Shown here: one piece after another, positions 26,201 to 36,779 of the stretch
Layout: every line of letters begins with the position of its first letter
Position numbering within the stretch: position 1 is the first letter of the stretch
Source of the DNA: Leptogorgia sarmentosa
Lineage: Eukaryota
Reading direction: 5' to 3'
Length of the DNA: 64,000 bases
Assembly: GCA_964658305.1 (NCBI GenBank)
Contig: OZ210885.1
Location: 11,904,001-11,968,000, forward strand
Notes under the pieces: model-generated
Databases searched by the model: none
Told to the model about the DNA's origin: nothing
What the model saw: the letters and a program-made list of their open reading frames with translations, nothing else
Program-made: the position numbers and the translations under genes

Positions 26201-28736
26201 TTCCTTAATATTGCACTGCTCTTAGCAATTCAGAATCGTGAAATTTTTTCATGTATATTATTAGATTAGAGATTAAGATGAGTATGTAAATTAATGAGAC
26301 AATATATATGAGGCGAGGACAGAGTTCGTTGTGCTGTGGACGACCAGACAAGTAAAGAGGGCAGAGTCACAAGGATTCGAGAAGATTTAGTTGGAATTGA
26401 AAGCGTGTATCGAGGTGACTGAAAACAATCTTAGGCGAGATGAGTAAAGTAAAATTGTTAGTTTCTGAATGAAAAAAAGGTGACGAAGCGTAACTAGCGT
26501 GGCCTGCGTGGGGTGAACTAAGTTCCAACACTGAAAAGAATCAACTACGGTCTGATATCCTGAAGTTTAAAGACAGTCGTTCTATACTTGGAGTGCTTTG
26601 GCAAACTGAAAATAAAACTCTCAGTCGATAAACGATGGAGTTATATCCACCTCTCGCCCAGCAACGCCGAGAAACCGAAGCCAGTCGCCTATACAGTTAA
26701 TTCCCAAAATTTAATTCCCAAAATTCCTAAATAGAATTACTGAAGGAAAACTTGAAGGCAATTACCGAGCAAGTCCAGAATCCTTGGGACAGAAACTACG
26801 CATTGTGGCTAGCTGAAGACAGATGACGGAAACTCTGTGGACTTGTTTTGTTTGAACTGCGACGCAAAATTGCTTCGCTGATCTTTTACGGGCTACCCAC
26901 ATGTGAGTTGTGCGTACCTATTTTTTCCTCTCTTATAAATTGGCCCTTTTTTCTCAAAATTTTCAAATTGCCATCGAATAATTTTTACGTCACTGTGAGG
27001 ACGAAATATTTCAATGCTTGGTCGACACAGATGTAAAGTCGAATACGAGCTAAAATTCTTGTGACGACATTATACATAAGGTCTATTGAAATTTGATATG
27101 CAAGTTTCCTAGTTTAAACTTTTCAGAAATTTGTAGTTCAACGTTTAAATAGCAATTTTGCAAGGAAAAATAATTGTTATCTATCAAAATTTATGTTTAT
27201 CTCTTGTCTATAAGAATGACTCAATTGTTTTGCTTAATGGGGTATTTATATTACAGTATTTAACAGTAATTGATATGTAGTGTGTTTTATTCATCGGTAC
27301 ACGCTTCGTGTACTCGCTCGCATTTGAAAGATGTCTTATATTAATTTGAACAGCGTCTTCCTACTTCTTCAACGACTGTTAAATGAAACAACAAAAGTTC
27401 GTCAAACCTTTGTGGCGTCCAAATCGCAGTTTTTGATACAACGGCAAAGTTCAGCTACACTTTCTGCAATTAGTTTTGCGTGACGACTATCAACAAGAAT
27501 GTCTGGAAATAATGAAGAAAACTTATCTTGAGTATCACAAACACTATAAATACATCGCTGCTAATGCGCGTAGCACGAAGGGTACATGAAAAAGCATGCC
27601 TTGCTGTCCATATATTTGATAAACATGGTCTGCTGTGGCTATTAGCAAACTTCAATAGGCGGCCAGTGTAGTAGGTAGGGGATATACAACCTCAGCAAGC
27701 AGCACATGTCATATACCCACTACTTAAACAATGCAAACAGGTTGGACGTTTTGAGTAAAGTTGATTTTTCCGTCGGGAATGGACCAATTGCACAATAGAC
27801 AATTTTTAGAAATTTCGAAATAGTACAATTCAGAGCAACAGAGTTAAAGAGCAATACAAAGTTAGTAAAATTGTAAAGTTTGGTTGAGAAATGTTGTAAA
27901 ATATGTATATTTTAGTAGAATTTGTTGTAATTTTGTATATTTTAGTATAATACCCATGCAAAATTTATATCCGTATCGAGAAAAGTCTACAATTAACTAC
28001 ACTAAAATGAAAAAAAATTGGCAAAATTGCGTTAAACATTCCCTAGTTTATTCGACTTTTGAATGATTGAAGTTTTGATTTGAAATGATCTGCGCAAAAC
28101 ATATTTAAAGGCATGATGAAATTCCGGCAATAATGCTAATAATACAGTACCTGTTTTATTCCAGAAATCTAGTTCATCACAAATTATTTTTTTGTCAGCT
28201 TCTGGTAAATTTAACAAATTGACTAAAGATTTCATTCCTTGAAACGAGTCATTGAACATATGTAGTGTCCATTCAGAGATGTTACAATGAGCCCATGGGT
28301 TTCTGATGTCCGACCTAACTTTCTTTGCTTCAGCTGCAGCACCCGAAGATACGAAAGGAGCTGCCTTGCCGATAATAGTTAAAAGTGCTGACATATCCAT
28401 GGTTTCATCAAATCCAGTGATATCTGCAATAAAATCGGTGACGAGTAGTCTCGCCAACGAGACAGGATCTTTAACAGCATAATCATAAGCTGATTTAGTA
28501 GGCTTGTGGATAATGTTGTTGTTAATGTTGTGATATTGTAGATTATCGGTGGAAGGGGGTAATTTCTTCCTTCTGTATGCTGCGAAATCTTGCTTGTGAA
28601 TTTCATCAGGTGGTTGGCATAAAGAATGATACCATATCCCAAGTTCAGTGGCGACAACTTTCCTCAATGCAGGTGCAAGAACTTTGGTAAAGGCAATGCC
28701 AACTAAAACCCAATGTTGTTCTTCCTTTGACATCAT
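733..28736 (-). CDS. Multi-exon STAND/NLR-like gene: HEPN-like N-terminus, coiled coil, APAF-1-type NB-ARC, WD40 repeats; 3' end not resolved
   Basis: Exons with AG/GT boundaries and compatible phases: 28736-28151, 27502-27408, 25454-25259, 23856-23525, 22600-21961, 20989-20567, 15004-14759, 7536-7318, then ~5228-4973 and 976-733. Motifs: Walker A GMGGLGKT, Walker B VVVDDVW, LLITTR, GLPLAL, VHD, QLLG|RL, WD repeats. The phase at the 7318 to 5228 junction does not match, so an exon may be missing. Confidence 0.85.
2017..2352. mobile_element. hAT-like MITE
   Basis: Imperfect TIRs CAGTGGCGTAGGA / TCCTATGCCCTTG and an 8-bp TSD TTTCAGAG at 2009-2016 and 2353-2360. Confidence 0.75.
2860..4870 (+). 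mobile_element. Putatively autonomous Crypton element in an intron, antisense to the host gene
   Basis: Recombinase ORF followed by a ~150-bp terminal inverted repeat (4715-4867). Both ends resemble the short element at 16425-16690. Boundaries approximate. Confidence 0.75.
3035..4291 (+). CDS. Crypton-type tyrosine recombinase (DUF3504 / KCTD1-ZMYM-QRICH1-related)
   Basis: Intronless ~419-aa ORF with FYAEVRKKDG, RRGRQNLR, YTNHSIRAT and SGHKSESSLKSY, giving the R...HxxR...H...Y catalytic set. Confidence 0.88.
   Translation: MASSKERFADLGEAEIRKLLEDRDSVNTKKSTKGSKAIFEEYLREKKLHHPENSEELASVLKSFYAEVRKKDGSEYTKNSLCSLRFGLNRHFKSVFNYDIIKDKEFDEANSVYEAQCVYLKKRGLAKTEHKPPIADEDIKKLYESGVFNTDSPATLQNKVFFEILFFFCRRGRQNLRQLKKDDFAIKINAQGQRCVVKKSDELTKNHRVNDAQAEEGGMMVANDSPYCPVYSFEKYLTHLNPLNEFLFQRPKRCSPSDGIIWYDNMVVGENTLGKKMKVLSKEAKLSVEYTNHSIRATTITILDRNGYEARHIMSVSGHKSESSLKSYTKTGELTKSRMAGCLSSAIDSSEHHIAETPSNAINPDMSALATVSENNDEVGPLLTSSQEELIMRDFSFQTTTQTSKQYNFYNCQVNFKA
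4973..5228 (-). CDS. WD40 exon
   Basis: TKDGQFIATVG...TIKLWK...LVGHTDWVTCV; donor G|gtatgc. Acceptor position uncertain. Confidence 0.8.
5620..5861. repeat. Long palindrome, probably a non-autonomous Crypton-like hairpin element
   Basis: TTTTACCGGGGTTTCCAAACACGCGAGAATAATTGAATTAAC... mirrored by ...GTTAATTCAATTATTCTCGCGTGTTTGGAAACCCCGGTAAAA. Confidence 0.7.
7318..7536 (-). CDS. WD40 exon
   Basis: LQGHSGVVSCLAASQSGTILASGSWDGSTILW; donor G|gtaagc. Confidence 0.88.
9709..9994. mobile_element. PIF/Harbinger-like MITE with incomplete right TIR
   Basis: GGCCCTGTCCACACGTATCCGG ... CCGGATACGTGTGGAC with internal GTCCACAC repeats. Confidence 0.55.
10239..10754. mobile_element. MITE with ~90-bp TIRs and a 7-bp TSD (P-like), nested in the Kolobok-like element
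   Basis: CA...TG ends; CTTTTGT duplicated at 10232-10238 and 10755-10761 and single at the empty site in copy 2 (17241-17247). Confidence 0.8.
11051..11104 (+). ncRNA. Minimal type I hammerhead ribozyme of Penelope pseudo-LTR type
   Basis: CTGATGA (11055-11061), stem II GTGTGGCAAGC/GCTTGTCATAC, GAAA (11087-11090), palindromic stem III CAAATTTG, then the GTA cleavage triplet and AATAAA. Stem I is short and imperfect. Confidence 0.8.
11164..11243. repeat. (TA)n microsatellite
   Basis: Long TA run and a second short run; another short TA run at ~10971-10983. Confidence 0.95.
12132..13044. mobile_element. TIR element inserted without a TSD inside the Kolobok-like element
   Basis: TIR CATGGCCAGAAATGAAGGACA / TGTCCTTCATTTCTGGCCATG. 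The flanks rejoin exactly to the empty site TTAGCGAT|TTTGCTAA seen at ~18055-18070. Confidence 0.75.
14003..14170. repeat. Long imperfect palindrome (Crypton-like hairpin element, probably extending to ~14497)
   Basis: GTCGCGTGCCATTATGCTGTTATAAT ... ATTATAACAGCATAATGGCACGCGAC around a central GAGGCGTAGCCG. Confidence 0.65.
14759..15004 (-). CDS. Exon joining the helical domain to the first WD40 repeat
   Basis: GRLQSYQEYPWIQK...LLPESSCL...ICGLMDGSISVLD; 246 nt, phase 1 to phase 1. Confidence 0.8.
15139..15260. mobile_element. ~120-bp palindromic MITE
   Basis: GCCTAGGTCGAACGTCGAACTTTTCATG ... CATGAAAAGTTCGACGTTTGACCTAGGC. Confidence 0.7.
16425..16690 (+). mobile_element. Degenerate non-autonomous relative of the Crypton at 2860-4870
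   Basis: Shares AAGAGTTTT(G/A)ATTGGTTAAGAGC with the Crypton left end, and ATTATTGAATTCGG..CTCGTAGGA...GCAGATAACACAAA with its right-end hairpin. Confidence 0.65.
17155..19135 (-). mobile_element. Kolobok-like non-autonomous element, copy 2, with THAP remnant
   Basis: TTAA|AGTGTTACTGCAACGAATTTTTCGACC ... GGTCGAAAAATTCGTTGCAGTAACACT|TTAA; THAP-like ORF 18038-18325 ending ...CLHFEDSCY. Confidence 0.82.
18383..18974. mobile_element. TA-flanked MITE nested in Kolobok-like copy 2
   Basis: TA|GGGACATTTAGAT ... ATCTAAAGGTCTC|TA; absent from the equivalent site in copy 1 (~13370). Confidence 0.7.
20201..20543. repeat. Tandem duplication of ~170 bp in an intron
   Basis: CAAGATTTTG(C/G)GAAGCACCCCCATGCCC...GAAGAATGAGATAA occurs twice; a diverged relative lies at ~16260-16390. 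Confidence 0.85.
20567..20989 (-). CDS. NB-ARC exon 3 (MHD-type motif and APAF-1-like helical domain)
   Basis: YRVHDLLLDF...YYFKYLPYH...LLFDLHWLKQK...QLLG; 423 nt, phase 1 to phase 1. Confidence 0.9.
21961..22600 (-). CDS. NB-ARC exon 2 (Walker B, sensor, GLPL, winged helix)
   Basis: CLVVVDDVW, LLITTRD, CRGLPLALSLVG, SYQRL, LAIFPED. Confidence 0.92.
23525..23856 (-). CDS. NB-ARC exon 1 (P-loop)
   Basis: VPYGLRNLPAHMVERPSEV...VGIRGMGGLGKTVLAQAVA...WLDIGQ; canonical splice sites. Confidence 0.9.
24497..24815 (-). pseudogene. Disrupted, truncated NACHT NTPase exon
   Basis: Phase-1 acceptor, then ...FNGKID*LIRKFQEGTRQWFFDDFEKW...RVMILNGGPGVRKSVLSAKLC...AGCHFC. In-frame TAG at 24709-24711, Walker A GK changed to RK, similarity ends after ~DCRD. 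Confidence 0.8.
25259..25454 (-). CDS. Coiled-coil linker exon
   Basis: INPVMEKLDNIQSTLLRKIKEVERSAAEKFE...; acceptor ctattcag, phase-1 donor AAAG|gtagtg. Confidence 0.7.
25570..26260 (-). pseudogene. Degenerate Crypton/DUF3504 remnant
   Basis: Peptide LDCFYAE...RIKKRNVDEYEADSLKV...IIRDRDFSSFKQVL...AKQLR parallels LKSFYAEVRKKDGSEYTKNSL...IIKDKEF of the intact recombinase. Confidence 0.6.
27408..27502 (-). CDS. Small linker exon (DILVDSRHAKLIAESVAELCRCIKNCDLDATK)
   Basis: Acceptor ttatttccag and donor AAG|gtttga. Its 95 nt bridge the phase-1 donor upstream to the phase-0 acceptor at 25454. Not in the ORF track. Confidence 0.65.
28151..28736 (-). CDS. First coding exon: helical domain with HEPN-like RNPWAH motif
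   Basis: Part of ORF 28032..28790. Reads MMSKEEQHW...FDETMDMSALL...KVRSDIRNPWAHC, with donor G|GTACTG at 28151. RxxxxH motif at 28287-28304. Confidence 0.75.
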
Positions 28737-29489
28737 TATCGTTCTATGAAGTAAACATAAAATATTCTGGTTTATAATTTTAGCTACCAAAACACAAAGC
28801 TTTTGTAAACAGTACAGTTTCTTTGAAAGTTTCTTTGAAAATACTGGTCTATCCTTTGAAAATACTGTATGGGTAACCCAGTTTTGAAAAATCAGACAAG
28901 CAAGATTTATTCAATTTGTAAGGCGAGTGGAAAGTATTGACCACTCAACGCTGTCTCCAAATATTCGGCTTCGTTGCCTCGCAGTTTGTTCAGTATTTCG
29001 AGAGCATATTATGGATAGTTGTAAACTGACGACGATCAAATATATTTCTTTCGTTATTTGTGTCATTCAAGCTGTGCCACTCTAAATTATATATAATAAT
29101 CGCTTTGAAGTCACTTAGATCATAGACAATCGTCTATGCTTAAATTTAAGTAAAACATTGTTCTTTTTACACATAAAGTCAATCCGGAAATATGCATATG
29201 TATATCTATACATAGCCTACAGATATAGGGAATAATGAATTTATTAATAAACCTCGCACCTTCGCAACTACAGTGCGGCGGTTAATCGAGGATAAAAGAG
29301 TGCTGAAGCAGGGGACGTTTTTAACAACACGGTTGTCAATGTGACGATGATGTGAAGGAAATTAATATTCTATTCTGAACAGTTGTTGTTCATTCGTTAG
29401 GTTTTTGGGCAATAAAAATTACGAGCATTTACGGTACTTGCATCTTGCAATAATTAAAAATGAAAGTTTTATGTTATGAGATGTATCCA

Positions 29490-32400
29490 TGACCTTTTAA
29501 TGATAGAAATGTTGCTGAAGATATAATATAGTTTTTAATGAAATTTGTAAACAAAATTGCGCGAGGGTACACACTACCAGTATTGAAGTTTGCTTTCCTA
29601 TGAATTTAAAGGCCTCGTCGAAATCTAATCATAATTAAGAACAGGAAATTTGCGATACAGACTGTAAGTTGTCAAATTGCAATGCAATTAAGGTCCGTCT
29701 GCGTGTTGTTTGGCTCTCTGGTCATTGCATGTTCAAGTCTGAATAAGCTCAGTTCAATTTAGGATTTTCAGTAAATCGTGCCACGTAGCGCTGTATGTCT
29801 AATGCAAGACATGCCAATGACTGAACATTCGCCGGAGTCATACGTCTCCATGATATAATAACCCCAAGAATACACTGCAGATAGTAATGAAAAGCTTTTT
29901 ATAGCGTTCAATAAATATAATTAATGATTTATGATCCCGACCTTTTCAGATCAAAACGTTTGAAATGATATCTAGTTTTAGGAGTATCTTGTCTGAAAAA
30001 TTTAAGTGTACAACATACAAACAACCGCTCTTGCTTGACGAATTGCTTAAACTAAGTGGTGTGTGAGGTGTTTATATGTGTTCACGAAATCACAAAATAA
30101 AGCAAGACATCGACATACTTCAAGTTCACGTTTATTTGGCATTTTGTTGCAGACGCATGATATCGTGCTTTGAAAGGGAATTTGCAATGTGACATTTTAC
30201 AACGTTACTCTGCAAACTGGAAATAATTTCGAAACATTTTCGTAATATCACCGATCGAGTGTTAAAATCTTTTGAAAGAAAAAGCCATTCTGTATTCATT
30301 TTGTGTCACATAACTCAACGCCGTCATATCTCGCGAACGTTCTAGCAATTCTGTTTGCGGGTTTCACTTGAATGGTGCTTGGTCGAAGAACAATATAACT
30401 CAGCAAGACAGTCACATGTGACATTTACGTGGGAACAGAAAGCCGCAATGATTAGATTAGCGTCAGCAATAATGAATATAAATATAACTGATAGCACAAT
30501 TTACATGGTTTTTTTCTCGACAGCAGCGCTTATTTCAAGCTAAAGTTTATGCAAATTAGGGTAAATCTTTTTAATTAAATACAATATGAAACTGCACTAT
30601 GGTCGTTGTGAAACATCCAAGATCGTTTAGGTCACCATGACATTGTCAACATACATTTGCATCTGGAATATTTTATGTTTCAACTCTGATTCTAATAAAG
30701 CAATGAAATACTTGCTTTCTATGAGATGACAGTTGATCAGTACTATAAAAACCATGCGCAGATTCGACTTTTCGAACAAAGGCTCTTCGTCGAGTAAAAT
30801 ACAATCCTTGTTGAGTGGATCTTCCGCTGCACTTGATGCTATTATTCGTCAGACTAAACCTAAGTTAAACGATGAACTCCAACAAAAGGCGTTCGCTCCA
30901 AATATTGAAACTGATTAATTGCATCGTTTAGGTAGTGAGCAAAACCCTTTCTGGTGTTTGCTGTTGTGATCCGCTACCTGCACTGGCGCGCCGCATATTG
31001 AATATTTCCTTACACACTACTCGGTAAAAATAATTCAGTGATAATAAATTTGATGAATTCTACTCACCACAAGACATTCTGTGTATAAACTACATGAAGC
31101 TGAAGCAAGTTGCTGTTTAAGCTTCGGGAAAATTGTTGCAAAGTGTAAAGTAATGCATGTTGGGTTTCATGCAACAAAACAGTACATTGAAATGATTTCT
31201 GTCACAATAATAAGACGTCTGAACGACCAATACAAGCTTACCCTATGAAGGAAAATATCAAAATGTTTTTCGCCTGACATGAGTTCGTAGCTTTACACCA
31301 GGGCACAATGCAACTCAACTTATTTTTAATTCGTCATGAATTTAAAATCATTCGGTTTTATTTCCCTCTTCTTAGGAAATATAATTATCATATGAATGAA
31401 AAATTAAAGACAGTTCGTATATTAAATTTCGCAAAGATTTTGGCAGTTAAATACCCATCGCAATGAAGTAGATGTTACTGTGATTTTCAGGCATACGTCA
31501 TGTGGGAAAGAGTTTGGTAGATATACGCGCAACAATTTTAAAACTAAAGCACATATATCTTACATTCCTTTAAACAACCCCATAAGCTCCCATAGTTCGT
31601 TTACTTGCATGCTGTCAGTCAATTTAATCTCAGTCTTTGTTTTATGTTAGACGCAATCTATCAACTCTTACAGACTGAAATGTTGCCAATCATATACTAT
31701 AGTTTTTAATGAAACTTGTAAACAAACTTGCGTGAGGTATACACTGCTAGTATTGAAGTTTGCTTTCCTATGAATTTGAATTAGTCAAGAACAGTAAATT
31801 TGCTAACAGCGCTACAGACTGAGCGTTGCTAAGGTGCAGTTATATCGCTGAAAACCTGAAAGCAATAAAGGTCCACCTGTTGTTTGGTCCCTGGTTATTG
31901 CATGCTCAAGTCTGTATTGAATAAGCCCGAAGTGAGGATGGAGGCTGCTTTGTTTGGCAATGCTCAATTCAATTTAGGATTTTCAACAAATCGTGCCAAG
32001 TAGCGCTGTATGCATGACATGTCAGCGATTGAACACGCACCAGTCATATGTATGTTCACCATGATATAACCACCCAAGAATCAGTCCAGATAGTAATGAA
32101 AAGCTTTAAAGCATTTAATAAATAATGATTCATGACCTCAGCTTTTATAAAAAGATCAAAATCTTGTCTAGTTTTATCAGTATCTTGTCTGAATAAATTA
32201 AGTTTAATTTACAAACAAGCGCTCTTGCATGACAAATACCTTAGATAAACTAAGTGGTGATATGAGGAGTTTATGTGCAATACAAGGCTCACGAGATCAC
32301 AGATAATTAAAAGTAAGAGCGACATAGAACACCCTCACATAACCTGAGACAATATTACACGAATGGTAGAAGCGTAAAGGCATGTTTGTTTGTTATTGTG

Positions 32401-35400
32401 TTGCAACGTCATCAGATGGATATTGTGCTTTGAAAGGAAATTTGTAATATGGCATTTTGTAACGTTATTGTTCAAACAGGAAAAAGTTTCAAAACTTTTA
32501 TTAGTACTCACCGAATGTTGAATTCGCAATAATGTTAAAAGGGCAAACGCTTCTGTATTCAACTTGTCGTCACATATCGAGAACGTTCCAGCAATTGTGT
32601 TTGCGGGTTTCACTTGAATAATGCTGGGTCGAAGAACAATATAACAGGAAGACACTCATGTCACAAGTTGCGTGGGAGCAAAGAGCAGCAATGATTACTT
32701 CAGGTTGAACAGAATTAGATTTAGAGATTATTCAATTGTATAATATTAGCTGGATTTAATATTTAGCTCTTATTCAAAAGCGATGTCTGAACGACCAATA
32801 GAAACTTGCCGTATGAAGTAAAATACCAAAATATGGTTCGTTTTTGATGAGTTCGTAGCTTTACAGAAACGCACAATACGACACAACTTGTGTTGTCACT
32901 AAGTGAAATTGTTTTTAATCCGTCATGAATTTAAAATCATCGGGTGGCATTGTCCCTGTTCTTGGGAAATATAATTATCATATGAATGTAAAATTAAAGC
33001 CAGTTCGCATATGAAATTTCGCAAAGATTTTGACAGTTCAATACCAAGGATCACAGTGAAGTAGATGTTACCGTGATTTTCAAGCATAAGTCGTGTGTTA
33101 CAGAGGGAAAGAGTTTTGTAGATATACACGTGAGAATATTAAAACGAAAGCACATATCCTACATTCCTTTGAAGAACCCCACAGTTTGTTTTTTGAAATA
33201 TTTTTAATATCTCCACTGCACGACAAATTGCTTTGGGTTCATTTCAATGTATTGAATTTTGTCATCCTGTGGTATTGAGATTCTGCCAAGGTAATTTACA
33301 CGATAAGATTTGTATTGTAGCGTATGGAATGCATGCAGTAAACGTGCGTGAATACAATGAAATGCCGTCGTAACGTAATCAACAGGTAATGAGAGATCAC
33401 CACTCTTTTCCATAAGTCAGAACACGAATCGTATAAGATATTCGCATCGTGTGGATGGGCCTTTATAAATTTATTTCAGTGCAGCTACAATTTTTATAGC
33501 ATGATATTGAGATTGCATGTGTTATCTGTCTTGGGACATTCGGTCCATATTGCACTATATTAGACAAAAAATATGCATGTAGTACACTGGAGGGCCGAGG
33601 GCATAATAAACAATCGCAGAAACGTCCGCTATAATACAATTTACATGCATGCTATCAGTCGATTTAATCTCAGTCTTGTCATTGATTAATTAACAGTGAA
33701 TGTTTTATGCTGGAAAGAATGTATCAACTTTTACGGACTGAAATGTTGCCAATCATATACTATAGTTTTTAAATGAAACTTGTAAACAAACTTGCGTGAG
33801 GTATACACTGCAATATTGAAGTTTGCTTTCGTATGAATTTGAAGACTTCGTCGCAACCTAATTAGTCAAGAAAAGCAAATTTGCTAACAGCGCTACAGAC
33901 TGAGCGTTGCTAAGTTGCAGTTACATCGCAGAAAACCTGAAAGCAATAAAGGTCCACCTGTGGTTTGGTCCCTGGTTATTGCATGCTCAAGTCTGTATTG
34001 AATAAGCCCGAAGTGAGGATGGAGGCTGCTTTGTTTGGCAATGCTTAATTCAATTTAGGATTTTCAACAAATCGTGCCAAGTAGCGCTGTATGCATGACA
34101 TGTCAGCGATTGAACACGCACCAGTCATATGTATGTTCACCTTGATATAACCACCCAAGAATCAGTATAGATAGTAACGAAAAGCTTTAAAGCATTTATT
34201 AAATAATGATTCATGACCTCAGCTTTTATTAAAAGATCCAAATCTTGTCTAGTTTAATCAGTATCTTGTCTGAATAAATTAAGTCTAATTTACAAACAAT
34301 CCCTCTTGCATGACAAATATCTTAGATAAACTAAGTGGTGATTTGTGGAGTTTATGTGCAATACAAGGCTCACGAGATCACAGATAATTAAAAGTAAGAG
34401 CGACATAGAACACCCTCACATAACCTGAGACGATATTACACGAATGGTAGAAGCGTAAAGGCATGTTTGTTTGTTATTGTGTTGTAACGTCATCAGATGG
34501 ATATTGTGCTTTGAAAGGAAATTTGTAATATGACATTTTGTAACGTTATTGTGCAAACTGGAAATAGTCTCAAAACTTTTATTATTACTCACCAAATGTT
34601 GAATTCGCAATAATGTTAAAAGGGCAAACGCTTCTGTATTCAACTTGTCGTCACATATCGAGAACGTTCCAGCAATTGTGTTTGCGGGTTTCACTTGAAT
34701 AATGCTGGGTCGAAGAACAATATAACAGGAAGACACTCATGTCACAAGTTGCGTGGGAGCAAAGAGCAGCAATGATTACTTCAGGTTGAACAGAATTAGA
34801 TTTAGAGATTATTCAATTGTATAATATTAGTTGGATTTAATATTTAGCTCTTATTCAAAAGCGATGTCTGAACGACCAATAGAAACTTGCCGTATGAAGG
34901 AAAATTCCAGAATATGGTTCGTTTTTGATGAGTTCGTAGCTTTACAGAAACGCACAATACGACACAACTTGTGTTGTCACTAAGTGAAATTGTTTTTAAT
35001 CCGTCATGAATTTAAAATCATCGGGTGGCATTGTCCCTGTTCTTGGGAAATATAATTATCATATGAATGTAAAATTAAAGCCAGTTCGCATATGAAATTT
35101 CGCAAAGATTTTGACAGTTCAATACCAAGGATCACAGTGAAGTAGATGTTACCGTGATTTTCAAGCATAAGTCGTGTGTTACAGAGGGAAAGAGTTTTGT
35201 AGATATACACGTGAGAATATTAAAACGAAAGCACATATCCTACATTCCTTTGAAGAACCCCACAGTTTGTTTTTTGAAATATTTTTAATATCTCCACTGC
35301 ACGACAAGTTGCTTTGGGTTCATTTCAATGTATTGAATTTTGTCATCCCGTGGTATTGAGATTCTTCCAAGGCCATTTACACGATAAGATTTGTATTCTA

Positions 35401-36779
35401 GCGTATGGAATGCATGCAGTAAACATGCGTGAATACAATGAAATGCCGTCGTAACGTAATCAACAGGTAATGAGAGATCACCACTCTTTTCCATAAGTCA
35501 GAACACGAATCGTATAAGATATTCACATCGTGTGGATGGGCCTTTATAGGTTTATTTCATTGTACTATTTTTATAGCATGATATTGAGATTGCATGTGCT
35601 ATCTGCCTTGGGACATTCGGTCCATATTGCACTATATTAGACAAAAAATATGCATGTAGTACACTGGAGGGCCGAGGGCATAATAAACAATCGCAAAAAC
35701 GTCCGCTATAATACAATTTACATGCATGCTATCAGTCGATTTAATCTCAGTCTTGTATTGATTAATTAACAGTGAATGTTTTATGCTGGAAAGAATGTAT
35801 CAACTTTTACGGACTGAAATGTTGCCAATCATATACTATAGTTTTTAAATGAAACTTGTAAACAAACTTGCGTGAGGTATACACTGCTAGTATTGAAGTT
35901 TGCTTTCGTATGAATTTGAAGACTTCGTCGCAACCTAATTAGTCAAGAACAGCAAATTTGCTAACAGCGCTACAGACTGAGCGTTGCTAAGTTGCAGTTA
36001 TATCGCTGAAAACCTGAAAACAATAAAGGTCCACCTGTTGTTTGGTCCCTGGTTATTGCATGCTCAAGTCTGTATTGAATAAGTCCGAAGTGAGGATGGA
36101 GGCTGCTTTGTTTGGCAATGCTCAATTCAATTTAGGATTTCAACAAATCGTGCCAAGTAGCGCTGTATGCATGACATGTCAGCGAATGAACACGCATCAG
36201 TCATATGTATGTTCACCATGATATAACCACCCAAGATTCAGTACAGATCGTAATGAAAAGCTTTAAAGCATTTATTAAATAATGATTCATGACCTCAGCT
36301 TTTATAAAAAGATCCAAATCTTGTCTAGTTTTATCAGTATCTTGTCTGAATAAATTAAGTTTAATTTACAAACAAGCGCTCTTGCATGACAAATACCTTA
36401 GATAAACTAAGTGGTGATATGAGGAGTTTATGTGCAATACAAGGCTCACGAAATCACAGATAATCAAAAGTGAGAGCGACATAGAACACCCTCACATAAC
36501 CTGAGACGATTTTACACGAATGGTAGAAGCGTAAAGGCATGTTTGTTTGTCATTGTGTTGCAACGTCATCAGATGGATATTGTGCTTTGAAAGGAAATTT
36601 GTAATATTGCATTTCCTAACGTTATTGTGCAAACTGGAAATAGTTTCAAAAATTTTTATAGTACTCACCGAATGTTGAATTCGCAAAGATGTTAAAAGCT
36701 TCTGTATTAACTTCTACGACGTAAATAAATGTCGTCACATATTGAGAACGCTCCAGCTTTTGCGTTTGTGGGTTTCACT
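29490..36779. repeat. ~2.08-kb non-coding tandem repeat (about 2.5 similar copies from ~31600 plus an older diverged copy)
   Basis: Near-identical short ORFs recur at offsets of 2081 (32335/34416, 32923/35004) and 2076 (36492). A diverged copy of the same sequence lies at ~29490-31570. Confidence 0.9.

Noticed and set aside
733..28736. Assigning the gene symbol APAF1
   Set aside because: The NB-ARC and WD40 parts are APAF-1-like, but there is no CARD and orthology cannot be shown without a phylogeny.
32335..36686. Repeated short ORFs in the 2.08-kb repeat as a gene family
   Set aside because: No recognisable domains, mostly non-ATG starts; recurrence simply reflects the DNA duplication.
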